DNA from: a virus
Taxonomy: Duplodnaviria > Heunggongvirae > Uroviricota > Caudoviricetes
Length of the DNA: 57,013 nt
Strand: one strand, 5' to 3'
Virus record (IMG/VR): IMGVR_UViG_3300037400_003188
Location: 1-57,013 of that record
A program made the position numbers and the translations under genes. Of this stretch, positions 38,166 through 47,266 are shown one piece after another. The notes under the pieces are model-generated. The model was not told where the DNA came from and did not search any database. It saw only the letters and a list, made by a program, of their open reading frames with translations. The stretch's first letter is position 1, and every line of letters starts with the position of its first letter.

Positions 38166-38468
38166 TCATAGTTTCATTTGTTTGAATTTCTCACGTGGGG
38201 TATAGAAGGCCCGTGTTTCTCCGTCTTTTGTATCAAGGGAATACCAGGAAGGGCCATCACCATCTTCGTTTAGTTCATTTGTCATTATCCAGTCTTGCAG
38301 ATATAATTCCATTGGTGTATCATTATACCAGTCTGGTAATTTATCTACTGTATGAATTCCATAATCTGTTATGTAGTCAGAATCCTCCAAATTAGCATTG
38401 TGCTTATTTATACAACCGTCATAATACTTTGATGATTCTAGATATGGTGTTTTAACTGTTTTGTCCAT
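38166..38468 (-). CDS. Hypothetical acidic protein, paralog of the adjacent gene
   Basis: VKTPYL..xKYYDG; promoter TATATTTG upstream (~38500). Confidence 0.65.
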   Translation of the reverse strand: MDKTVKTPYLESSKYYDGCINKHNANLEDSDYITDYGIHTVDKLPDWYNDTPMELYLQDWIMTNELNEDGDGPSWYSLDTKDGETRAFYTPREKFKQMKL

Positions 38469-38563
38469 TTTTGACTTATGTATGTTAATCCTAGTGCAAA
38501 TATACAAATAAAAATCGAATAGCACATAGCCATTCCGAATATTGTTAGTATTTCTCCCATGTC

Positions 38564-39169
38564 TTATTCAAAATCTAAATCTAATTCAAGTTGTTTTGGC
38601 ATTTTATTTTCCTCGCCGAATCTGAAATAAGAAAACACAAATCCCTTATATTGTTTATATATCCCGTTACAACATCTTGATATTCCAGAACTATCAAATC
38701 CATATCTCTGAGCATCTTTTGTACTCTTATAAACACGAATTAATTCATTTGTTTTCTTGTCGTATTGGTAAACGTGTCTGCGTAGAGTTAAGTTTTTTGT
38801 CGAGTTTTTGATATAATTACCATGTTTTTTATTCTCCTTCTCTGTACACCACTCTAGATTATCTATGGCATTGTTTGATGGGTTTTCGTCTATGTGATTA
38901 ATTTGCAATTTATCAACAGATATATCCTTTAGCCTATCTGGTATAGGGATAAAATTCATTGCAATGAGTCTGTGATAACGAGGCCTTGTTATTTTTCCAG
39001 CGTCAGTAATCATCTCATTTATTATTACATATCCTTCTGGAGTTTTATGTGTTTTAACAGCCTTTTCCTTTAGACAGTCATATACTACCGAACCATCCTT
39101 CTTGATGCAGTACCTTTTGCTGTATGGAGGTGCGCATCTTACAAAATCAAATAAAAATAAATCTTCCAT
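38564..39169 (-). CDS. HNH homing endonuclease with NUMOD1-like tail
   Basis: HRLIA..F...INHIDENPSNNAIDNLEWCT..EN; C-terminal VYQYD...YKGFVF. Confidence 0.85.
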   Translation of the reverse strand: MEDLFLFDFVRCAPPYSKRYCIKKDGSVVYDCLKEKAVKTHKTPEGYVIINEMITDAGKITRPRYHRLIAMNFIPIPDRLKDISVDKLQINHIDENPSNNAIDNLEWCTEKENKKHGNYIKNSTKNLTLRRHVYQYDKKTNELIRVYKSTKDAQRYGFDSSGISRCCNGIYKQYKGFVFSYFRFGEENKMPKQLELDLDFE

Positions 39170-39171
39170 AA

Positions 39172-39921
39172 TTAAATTTTAATAGTGTCGGACATTTTCA
39201 TTTTGAATAAGTTATTTTCATGCATTCGTTTAATTGCTTTATCAGCAACTTCGTCTCCACTACTACCTATACGAATATATTTGTCAAGTTTCTCATAATT
39301 GAACCCCATTTTTTCAAATTTCTCATCATCTGGTAGACTATGTGGAAGTCCGTCGTCAGGCACTTTATAAGTCCATTTTTTTGGAATTCCTAACTCATCA
39401 CCAATCTGATAAATCTCATGTACGGTTAATTCTGCAATAGGCTCAAAATCAGAAGCGCCATCTCCATATTTTGTAAAATAACCGATATAATTCTCACTTG
39501 CGTTACACGTACCAATAACACGGCCGTTATTTGATTGTGAAATCGCATACATTATGAGCATACGAACACGAGGTGGTATGTTCTGTTCTGTTTGATCAGA
39601 TAAATTAGCAAATCCACCAAAATAAAGTTGTCTTTTAATTGTGTTTGTGATTTTGGATATATCTACTGTCTTAAAGGCAATACCAAGATATTTGGCTATC
39701 TCATCGGCCTCATTTAATCCCTGACCATTATCAGGAATACCGACGCCAATTACTCTATCGGCACCAAGTGCTTCAACGCATAGTTTTGTTACAATAGTCG
39801 AATCTTTTCCGCCGCTCATTGCAACACATGCCTTGCACCCGTTTCCATTCTCTTTAAACCATTCTTGTATGCCACTGATTATTTTTTTTGTAGCCTCTTT
39901 AGCGTCAAATATGTAGTCCAT
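39172..39921 (-). CDS. nadE: NH3-dependent NAD+ synthetase
   Basis: SGGKDS, NIPPRVRM, GYFTKYGDG..D..PIA.L, KxPxDGL motifs; no glutaminase domain. Confidence 0.92.
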   Translation of the reverse strand: MDYIFDAKEATKKIISGIQEWFKENGNGCKACVAMSGGKDSTIVTKLCVEALGADRVIGVGIPDNGQGLNEADEIAKYLGIAFKTVDISKITNTIKRQLYFGGFANLSDQTEQNIPPRVRMLIMYAISQSNNGRVIGTCNASENYIGYFTKYGDGASDFEPIAELTVHEIYQIGDELGIPKKWTYKVPDDGLPHSLPDDEKFEKMGFNYEKLDKYIRIGSSGDEVADKAIKRMHENNLFKMKMSDTIKI

Positions 39922-39923
39922 TT

Positions 39924-40790
39924 TTAATAATTTTTGATCAAAAGTTCGCTTATCTTTCCTCTCTTATCTCCTTTCGAGTTTATATTTCTTTTAGCAAAGA
40001 CTCGTTCAATAGTATAATCTTTGTATAACTCGTCGAAAAAGCCATCTGGGCAATCTGAGTTTGACAATAAAAACTTAGCACCTATTTTATTTATTTCATC
40101 ACAAAATTCTTTTAGTTCAATTTGTTCTTTATTGCCAAATCCGCCTGCATTATAGTTAGTAAAACTACTAGTTGCATCTAATGGTCTATATGGTGGATCC
40201 AAATATACAAAACTATCTTCGGTTATATACTTCAAACACTCTTTATAGTCAAGATTTTTAATAACTACGTTCTTTGTATTGCATAAGTGGTTGAACTCTT
40301 TCATTCCGTCGTAGTTGATAGCGAGACTTTTTTTCTCTCCGCCGTAAGGTGTGTTAAATTCACCTTTCTTATTTTCTCTATACAAACCATTAAAACATGC
40401 TTTATTTAGTATAAGAAATTCAGCGGCCTTTGCCCTGATAGTTAAATCATCATTGTTGAACTCGTTTCTTAAATCATGATATAGTTTTTTCTGTTCTTCT
40501 CCTTCAGTGCCTGTATAATTTCCATCTAGTAATGAAAGTATAACATTAAACCTATAAAAAGTTTCTTCATCGCCGCCTAATACACTATACAATTCATATA
40601 AATGTTTATTGAGATCATTTATTGTGTACTTTGTAAATTGTTCGTTATCCAATTGGTTTAAAAATAATGCACCTCCACCTACAAATAACTCAACATATTC
40701 TTTCTTATCTGTTGGTATTCGTGATATTAATTCATCTAGTAATTGTGTTTTTCCTCCTGCCCATTTAATGAATGGTTTTAAATTGTTCAT
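39924..40790 (-). CDS. dam: DNA adenine methyltransferase (Dam/D12 class)
   Basis: KWAGGK, ELFVGGG, FNGLYRxN, YLDPPY, LSNS motifs. Confidence 0.92.
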   Translation of the reverse strand: MNNLKPFIKWAGGKTQLLDELISRIPTDKKEYVELFVGGGALFLNQLDNEQFTKYTINDLNKHLYELYSVLGGDEETFYRFNVILSLLDGNYTGTEGEEQKKLYHDLRNEFNNDDLTIRAKAAEFLILNKACFNGLYRENKKGEFNTPYGGEKKSLAINYDGMKEFNHLCNTKNVVIKNLDYKECLKYITEDSFVYLDPPYRPLDATSSFTNYNAGGFGNKEQIELKEFCDEINKIGAKFLLSNSDCPDGFFDELYKDYTIERVFAKRNINSKGDKRGKISELLIKNY

Positions 40791-40825
40791 AAATCAAATA
40801 TATTTCCTAACTAAATATACAAAAA

Positions 40826-40850
40826 AATACCGATATATATCGGTATTATT
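40826..40850. terminator. Palindromic terminator
   Basis: TACCGATATATATCGGTA flanked by A/T runs. Confidence 0.6.
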
Positions 40851-40853
40851 TGA

Positions 40854-41384
40854 TCAAAATTTTTCAATTATGCTGTGTGATATTTTTATTATGTCGCTGT
40901 ATGGTACTAATACGCTTATATCTAAGTTACCGTAATTTTTCCTCTGATACTGTATATATGGAGTTAAATCTCTATTGCTGTATAGGATTGGCTCTTTCTT
41001 ATTTTCAACGGCCAGGTTTAACAGTTTAATCCTATCAACTATTATAAATGAATTTCCTTTCTCGAATGCCAGGTATTTCTCACTACCGTATATCCATCCC
41101 TTACCACCGTAATTATTCTGTAACTCAACCCAGGTATATACATCAGACGGCTTATCGTCATATCTGTGTAGTTTCTTTTGTTCTTTTACGTCGAAAGTAA
41201 CAGTGGCATTTCCACGAGAACATACCACATCTATATGTTTGTTTTTATCTTCATATAGAGTGGATGTTCTTATATTTGTGCCTGGATAGTCTTTAAGGTA
41301 TTTGTTGAGCGAATTAATAAATACGTCTTGTACGGCTAATCCTCTACTAACACTTTCATCATAATCACCATATTGTTTTGGCAC
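40854..41384 (-). CDS. Putative PD-(D/E)xK-fold nuclease
   Basis: HIDVV...FDVK catalytic-like pattern; WVELQN..G.KGW. Confidence 0.55.
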   Translation of the reverse strand: MPKQYGDYDESVSRGLAVQDVFINSLNKYLKDYPGTNIRTSTLYEDKNKHIDVVCSRGNATVTFDVKEQKKLHRYDDKPSDVYTWVELQNNYGGKGWIYGSEKYLAFEKGNSFIIVDRIKLLNLAVENKKEPILYSNRDLTPYIQYQRKNYGNLDISVLVPYSDIIKISHSIIEKF

Positions 41385-41399
41385 TTACTTCATGGTATT

Positions 41400-42569
41400 T
41401 CAACTTTTAGTTATTTTCAAATCATGGAAGCATTGTTCAATTTCTATTGTATCTCCCATCACTTTGCCAGCATCGTCGCTAACCTTGATACAGTTAACCC
41501 ACTGACGGTTTGCATTCATTCGGCACTTCATCAACTTCATTACGATATTTTGACTTGGTGTTCCAGTATCGCATGTAAGATTTGTACCGATACCTGCAGA
41601 ACATTTAATCTTACCTTCACAATAATCTGCAATTTCCTTGTACTTCGGGAACGTTAATGCGTTGGAGAATACGATGGTTTTTGTCTTTGGATCAACACCA
41701 AGTTTCTTATATGCGTCTATCGTCATTTGAACAAATTCGTATTCATCTCCAGAATCGTGACGGACGCCATCAAATAACTTTGCTTGTTTGAGACTGAACG
41801 TATCAAAGAATGCTTTACTCCCGTAAGTGTCTGTTAACGCTACCCCTAATGCGCCCTGATATACATCAACCCAATCCTCATAAGATTTATAGTTAGCATT
41901 ACGATAGCCGAATTGAGCACCATGGAACATAATCCACTCATGAGCAACAGTACCGATTGGTTTCATGTTGTATTTCATTGCTAAGTGTACGTTACTTGTA
42001 CCCACACAGTAGTTCGAAGATTCTTTCAATCGTCTAACAACCGCATCTTGTACTGCATAACTAAAACGACGTCGTGTTCCAAATTCACTGAAGACAAGAT
42101 GATTCTCATTCGACAATTTAATCTTCTCGTCAAGCCGATTAAGCACATCGCTCATACTGATAACGTGTACGCTATTAGCTACCTCAGATACAATTGCTAA
42201 GCATGCAATCTCCCATAGCGTAAGGCGATATAGTTTATCCTGAACAGTAATGTGGAGAACCTTATTATCGTCAAGCCAAACATTTACCAAAGAAGGATCA
42301 AATCGGAATCCACGAAGCCACTCCCAGTAGAACTGTGGAATATATGGGATATGTGTTATACACCACTCATACTCATCCTCTGTAAGTTGCAATTCATACA
42401 AACGATCAAGTTCGCTTCGGATTTTACCTAACTCAGCCTGTGTGCGTTTTACTTTGTTACGGTCACAGAATTCAAACTCGCCCTCTGCTTCTGGGTAGAG
42501 GCGCATGTATGCATAACTCATTGAGAGTTTATACAAATCTGTATCAAGTATACTTTTAATAAGTGCCAT
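41400..42569 (-). CDS. pncB: Nicotinate phosphoribosyltransferase
   Basis: LDTDLYKLSM, EFGTRRRFS, GTSNV, GTVAHEW, ALTDT, GVRHDSG, GIGTNLT. Confidence 0.95.
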   Translation of the reverse strand: MALIKSILDTDLYKLSMSYAYMRLYPEAEGEFEFCDRNKVKRTQAELGKIRSELDRLYELQLTEDEYEWCITHIPYIPQFYWEWLRGFRFDPSLVNVWLDDNKVLHITVQDKLYRLTLWEIACLAIVSEVANSVHVISMSDVLNRLDEKIKLSNENHLVFSEFGTRRRFSYAVQDAVVRRLKESSNYCVGTSNVHLAMKYNMKPIGTVAHEWIMFHGAQFGYRNANYKSYEDWVDVYQGALGVALTDTYGSKAFFDTFSLKQAKLFDGVRHDSGDEYEFVQMTIDAYKKLGVDPKTKTIVFSNALTFPKYKEIADYCEGKIKCSAGIGTNLTCDTGTPSQNIVMKLMKCRMNANRQWVNCIKVSDDAGKVMGDTIEIEQCFHDLKITKS

Positions 42570-42596
42570 ATATCAACTAAAATTTTATTCTATAAA

Positions 42597-42821
42597 TTAC
42601 TTAAAAAGGTCATTAAAAAAATCTTTGATATGAATTACATTGTGGCCAATATGCCATACAGGAATAAACAGTAAGCCAGTTATTGTTGCTCCTGTTAAGA
42701 AACCACCAAATCCCTCCTCTTTCGTTACGATAACTGTGGCATAAGCACATGATACCCCAAAAATCAAATAGAGTATGAATAACAATATCATGCCAACTAA
42801 TTTCCAATCTTCTTTATTCAT
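42597..42821 (-). CDS. Small membrane protein
   Basis: Two hydrophobic helices. Confidence 0.7.
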   Translation of the reverse strand: MNKEDWKLVGMILLFILYLIFGVSCAYATVIVTKEEGFGGFLTGATITGLLFIPVWHIGHNVIHIKDFFNDLFK

Positions 42822-42834
42822 GTTGTTTTTAAAT

Positions 42835-43452
42835 TTAAATTACTTTTATTTGACAACTTTTCATTACTTCTAGAGCGGCCTTATGCTTCTCTGGTGTTAC
42901 GCCTGCACAGCATTTACTATCTACAGTAATTTCTGCATAATCATAAGCAGCCGCTTTTAATGCCAACACATTTGATACTACGCAGATGTCAGTGCAAAAA
43001 CCACAACATTCAATATCAATATTTTTACCTTCCATTGTGTGTAGGGTGTCAATACAATCAACAAGCGATTTATGTATCATGTGGCTACCAAGATAATCAT
43101 AGGTTGGTATAAGTTTGTCTGCATATATTGATCCGAAAGTATTCTTTGGGACAAATACAACACGCATTCCATTCTCCATTTTCCTTTTTAAGACAGTTTG
43201 CACTTTATCGTCAATTTTCCATCCTAATGTATTATATACACAATGTTTTACAGGGAGCATTTTGCCTTCTGGCGTGTCGAGATAATCTTCTCCATGTGTA
43301 TCCATGGTTAAGAAGATAATGTCGCCATCGAAATTATCAACCTTATCTACAATGTCAGGAATACATGCTTGGGCATCTGGGTTTGCGAGGCTCACGTCAA
43401 TAAAGTCTCGCTGTACATCTACTAGTACCAATACTTTTAAATTATGATTCAT
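42835..43452 (-). CDS. pncA: Nicotinamidase (isochorismatase family)
   Basis: VDVQxDF, DTH, HC...GW, KNTFGS, GFCTDICV motifs. Confidence 0.88.
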   Translation of the reverse strand: MNHNLKVLVLVDVQRDFIDVSLANPDAQACIPDIVDKVDNFDGDIIFLTMDTHGEDYLDTPEGKMLPVKHCVYNTLGWKIDDKVQTVLKRKMENGMRVVFVPKNTFGSIYADKLIPTYDYLGSHMIHKSLVDCIDTLHTMEGKNIDIECCGFCTDICVVSNVLALKAAAYDYAEITVDSKCCAGVTPEKHKAALEVMKSCQIKVI

Positions 43453-43810
43453 ATCCATAAACTGATAATGCGTGTACTTTTACTCCGTTAATTTCTCTTT
43501 CTGCGTGTTCAATATCCATTCTATTTTCATCGAAATCGTATTTTACGCCGTCATACCATGCTTTCCAGTAACTGTCGAAACTTTCGTGGTATTTCTTAGC
43601 ATACTCACTTGTCTCATAAGACTTGCGTGCTTTCTCGCGCTCAATCTGATAGCGTTTCAGATAATCCTCATTCGTAATAATCTCACCATTTCTAGAGATA
43701 CGAATTTCACGATTGCGATATTTTTGATATTGATCATCAGTAAGAATAGCAACAGCGTGTGTTGAACTACTGTTGGTCTCAAATACCCCTTGTCTAATTT
43801 GTCTTTTCAT
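43442..43810 (-). CDS. ETNSS-motif protein 5
   Basis: MKRQIRQGVFETNSSSTH; own promoter upstream. Confidence 0.85.
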   Translation of the reverse strand: MKRQIRQGVFETNSSSTHAVAILTDDQYQKYRNREIRISRNGEIITNEDYLKRYQIEREKARKSYETSEYAKKYHESFDSYWKAWYDGVKYDFDENRMDIEHAEREINGVKVHALSVYGYES

Positions 43811-43825
43811 ATTGTTCTTATTTTT

Positions 43826-43880
43826 AAAATCTGCTGCAAAGATACAACTTTTTTTTTGAAATATAAAAATTTTAGAGAAG
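43826..43880 (-). promoter_or_regulatory. Promoter of the same family as the + block
   Basis: Reverse complement reads CTCTAAATTTTTATA-N-GTTGTATCTTTGCAGC. Confidence 0.8.
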
Positions 43881-43885
43881 AAAAA

Positions 43886-44332
43886 TCACAAAGGTGATTC
43901 TTCAACTACACATGTCGGATCGAAAATAAAAGTTAAAAATTTTGATTCACTAGAGAATATGTCTTCTATCAACTCCTTATCAATATAGCGATAGTAGTGA
44001 CGCAATTCTTGACTATAAAACGGCTCTACCAACTTAATTTCTACACCGAGTTTACTCATATAGTCCATGAGTTTCAGCAAGTACCATCTCACCTCAACCT
44101 CTTCACTATTCAGTAATACACCTATCAACCAGTTTAATCTGTCACAAGGCAATGCACTCTCACTTGTCTCGGCTTCCTCAACTTCGGCAAAATAACCAAC
44201 TAACAATCGGCCGTACTTTCCATGTTCGTCAAGATAGTCTTCGATATTCATATACTTAGGCCATCTATACGATAGGGAATGTACAGAACTACTATTTGTT
44301 TCAAATACACTATATCTAATTTGTTTTTTCAT
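43886..44332 (-). CDS. ETNSS-motif protein 4
   Basis: MKKQIRYSVFETNSSSVH. Confidence 0.85.
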   Translation of the reverse strand: MKKQIRYSVFETNSSSVHSLSYRWPKYMNIEDYLDEHGKYGRLLVGYFAEVEEAETSESALPCDRLNWLIGVLLNSEEVEVRWYLLKLMDYMSKLGVEIKLVEPFYSQELRHYYRYIDKELIEDIFSSESKFLTFIFDPTCVVEESPL

Positions 44333-44333
44333 A

Positions 44334-44942
44334 TTAACAAGGAAATAATTCGTCTTTTATTGTATACTTTCCAAAAATAACGTCTTTGAAGAATTGAACC
44401 AAATCTTCATTCTTACTAACGGTTTCGTGATAACTATTGAATAGTGTAATAAACGCGTCGTCGTCATTTAGCGAATCCAATTCATAAAGGCCATTAACAA
44501 AAACTAAGTCAGTGTTTCGTTCTTCTTTAACCGCCTGGATTAGATCTTTGAAAAATGGTTTATCTTTTACAGCATCATTGAGTGTTGTACCATTATCCTC
44601 ATCTACCTCATCCCAATAATCCCAGAAATAATGCCCGCTAGTCTTAGCCTGTTCGTTATCGTAGAGATTAAAGCAAAGTGCAACACACAAGGCCAACTTG
44701 TCAATTTCCTTATGGAAAATGAAAATATCTAAATACTCTTTATCTTTCTCCTTGCAATCAACAGCCAGGTCATCTATATCCTCCACCATTGAGTTGCAGA
44801 ATTTAAAGGTAGTATTTGACGGTATCATGCTACCGTCAAAAAACCTACCAATATCATTATCATCAATGATGCGTTGAATCGTTAATGTGTGTGACGTGCT
44901 ACTATTAGTTTCAAACACGCCTTTTCTTATTTTATAACGCAT
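44334..44942 (-). CDS. ETNSS-motif protein 3
   Basis: MRYKIRKGVFETNSSTSH. Confidence 0.85.
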   Translation of the reverse strand: MRYKIRKGVFETNSSTSHTLTIQRIIDDNDIGRFFDGSMIPSNTTFKFCNSMVEDIDDLAVDCKEKDKEYLDIFIFHKEIDKLALCVALCFNLYDNEQAKTSGHYFWDYWDEVDEDNGTTLNDAVKDKPFFKDLIQAVKEERNTDLVFVNGLYELDSLNDDDAFITLFNSYHETVSKNEDLVQFFKDVIFGKYTIKDELFPC

Positions 44943-44944
44943 AA

Positions 44945-45529
44945 TTAATTTCCTTTATAAAATTCAATATTATCTTCGTCTTTAATATTCCTAAGGCGCT
45001 CATAGTAGTAATCTGAGCCATCTCCATTATCATTTCCAGTTGCTACGTATGAGTTAGAGTTGAAGAGATATTCAAGCAAAAGTTCCTCGTCGATATCTTC
45101 ACCCTTATTTGGGAACATAGCATCTAACCAAGTATCCAACTCATTGCCATGATCAACATAAGCAAAGTTATCGAATGTTAGATAGAAACGTTTTTCGCCA
45201 CCCCAGTCATAAGAATCTTCTTTATAAGGTTCAAAACTAGGAGAGATACCATACTTGTTGAGAACAGTTTTAATATTCTCTTTGATTTTCTCAACCTCAT
45301 CTTTCTTGTAGTAATCAGATTTGATAATACCTGTCCATAGATAACTGGCCTTATCCCACGTGTTACTATGTACGTCGTATTCCCAACCGAATTCTCCACT
45401 TGTAAAAGCAATGCCTTCGCCACTCATTTTTTCAAGTACGCTTTTGTACTCGTCTGACCTACTAATAGAAATAGTGTGTGTTGAACTACTATTAGTTTCA
45501 AATACACCTTGTCTAATTTGTTTCTTCAT
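44945..45529 (-). CDS. ETNSS-motif protein 2
   Basis: MKKQIRQGVFETNSSSTH at 45529; GEFGWE, KASYLWT, VDH, GNDN. Confidence 0.85.
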   Translation of the reverse strand: MKKQIRQGVFETNSSSTHTISISRSDEYKSVLEKMSGEGIAFTSGEFGWEYDVHSNTWDKASYLWTGIIKSDYYKKDEVEKIKENIKTVLNKYGISPSFEPYKEDSYDWGGEKRFYLTFDNFAYVDHGNELDTWLDAMFPNKGEDIDEELLLEYLFNSNSYVATGNDNGDGSDYYYERLRNIKDEDNIEFYKGN

Positions 45530-45530
45530 A

Positions 45531-46214
45531 TTAATTTCCTTTATAAAATTTTTTATGTGTACAATCAAATGACCAATGCTCATCTTCGGTACAAAGAGAG
45601 ATATCACAATCAACATTATCATTACCTGTTTTAATGAAACTATCACCAAATAGATAATTAAAAAGATTATTCTTACGTGAAATCACATATAATACGAAAT
45701 CTTCAGCGTCATCAGCGTGGTCGACATAAAACCATTTATCTTCTTCTTCATCATCACCAGGAATGAGTTTAACGTGAGACGGGAGATAAGAACACTCGTC
45801 CAAATATGAATAATCTGATCTCTCGTACTCTTGAAACTCAGGTATGATACCTTCTTCCTCAAACCATTTGGTAAAATGTTTAATTGCCTCATCAAATTCC
45901 TCATAGGATAGAAGTTCACTCATCAATGTCCAAAGGTATGAAGCCTTAGCCTCATAATTATCGGAAGTATACGTTCTAACCTCCCAACCAAACTCGCCAC
46001 CATGAAATTTAATTACCGCTGGTAAGTCGCTCTTATGTAGTATTTTACAACGCCATCCGTTTTTAACATCGTCTTGTTCATTATACTTGTCGATATCCTC
46101 ATCTGACATATTGGTATAGATACCATACAGTACGTTGGGGGCCGTCTGAACAGCCATTGCATGTGTTGAACTACTATTTGTTTCAAATACTCCTTGTCTA
46201 ATTTGTCTTTTCAT
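45531..46214 (-). CDS. ETNSS-motif protein 1
   Basis: MKRQIRQGVFETNSSSTH; GEFGWE, KASYLWT, VDH, GNDN. Confidence 0.85.
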   Translation of the reverse strand: MKRQIRQGVFETNSSSTHAMAVQTAPNVLYGIYTNMSDEDIDKYNEQDDVKNGWRCKILHKSDLPAVIKFHGGEFGWEVRTYTSDNYEAKASYLWTLMSELLSYEEFDEAIKHFTKWFEEEGIIPEFQEYERSDYSYLDECSYLPSHVKLIPGDDEEEDKWFYVDHADDAEDFVLYVISRKNNLFNYLFGDSFIKTGNDNVDCDISLCTEDEHWSFDCTHKKFYKGN

Positions 46215-46215
46215 A

Positions 46216-47175
46216 TTAGCATGCTTTTTTTACCGCGTATTTATCACGGATAAAGTTAAACATTTCATCCATTGTCTTATCCTCAATTGGGAAACGTTCA
46301 CTGATACATGAGTTTTTAGCAAATGTTCCAGCAACGAGATCAATATAGAATGTATAGTTACCGTCGTCACCCATGTAGAATGTATCCCAATCTTCACCAA
46401 CTACCTGGTGGATGTTTTGAAGTTGCTCGATAGCAAGGTTATCAAAACTAAGAACCAACACATGTTTTGCAATATCTTCGAGATTGTTATTCAACTCTTG
46501 GATGTTGTTATAGATATCCTTATTGTTCTTTTCAAGGTAGTCTACGCCACGGCCACGATTCTTGTAACCGAGAACCAGCACTTTAACTCGATGATTGTAG
46601 AGTTTCTTGTATTCGTTAACCGTACAGATACCAGCAATTGTGTGAATAACCGCATTCTTAACTGGCTCAATCAACTTAATAAACTCGTCGTCGAAAGAGT
46701 TTGCCGAGATACCAATACCGTAAAGCATCTTATCTTTTTGATATTGAAGGATCTTATCGTAGTTTGTAATAAACTGAGATTTGCTTACAGTGATGTTAGC
46801 AAATACACCCTTCTCCTTAAGTTTTGTAAGCAACTCGGTAAGTTGTGGATGGTCCATGTCGTTACCGTTAAGTGCAACCTCAGTACCTGCGTGCAGCGTA
46901 TCAAGGAATTTATAGTCGATACGGCCATGTTCTCCATCCTTTGTGCAGCCCTCATAACAGAATACACAACCACAGCCGCACTTGTTCGTGAGTTTCACAT
47001 CTGTGTTCTCGCTAAATGCTGGAATAAAATCATCTTCCTCTGTCTCACGAACCTTGGTTCCATCATCAAACATGTAAACCATATAGTTACCATTCTGATA
47101 ACTAGCCAAAAGTTTGCGAATAGTGAATTTGTCAATTACTCCGTAAGTTTCTCCGTTTTTCTCAAAAAGTTTCAT
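46216..47175 (-). CDS. Radical SAM enzyme
   Basis: CxxxCxxC (CGCGCVFC) cluster motif, TIM-barrel-like core, no SPASM Cys cluster. Confidence 0.88.
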   Translation of the reverse strand: MKLFEKNGETYGVIDKFTIRKLLASYQNGNYMVYMFDDGTKVRETEEDDFIPAFSENTDVKLTNKCGCGCVFCYEGCTKDGEHGRIDYKFLDTLHAGTEVALNGNDMDHPQLTELLTKLKEKGVFANITVSKSQFITNYDKILQYQKDKMLYGIGISANSFDDEFIKLIEPVKNAVIHTIAGICTVNEYKKLYNHRVKVLVLGYKNRGRGVDYLEKNNKDIYNNIQELNNNLEDIAKHVLVLSFDNLAIEQLQNIHQVVGEDWDTFYMGDDGNYTFYIDLVAGTFAKNSCISERFPIEDKTMDEMFNFIRDKYAVKKAC

Positions 47176-47211
47176 TTCAATATAAGTTTTTTAAATTGTT
47201 AAATTTTCAAA

Positions 47212-47262
47212 TCTGCTGCAAAGGTACAACTTTTTTTTCAATTATAAAAATTTTAGGGAAAC
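47212..47262 (-). promoter_or_regulatory. Promoter of the radical-SAM/ETNSS operon
   Basis: Reverse complement reads CCCTAAAATTTTTATA-N-GTTGTACCTTTGCAGC. Confidence 0.85.
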
Positions 47263-47266
47263 TTTT

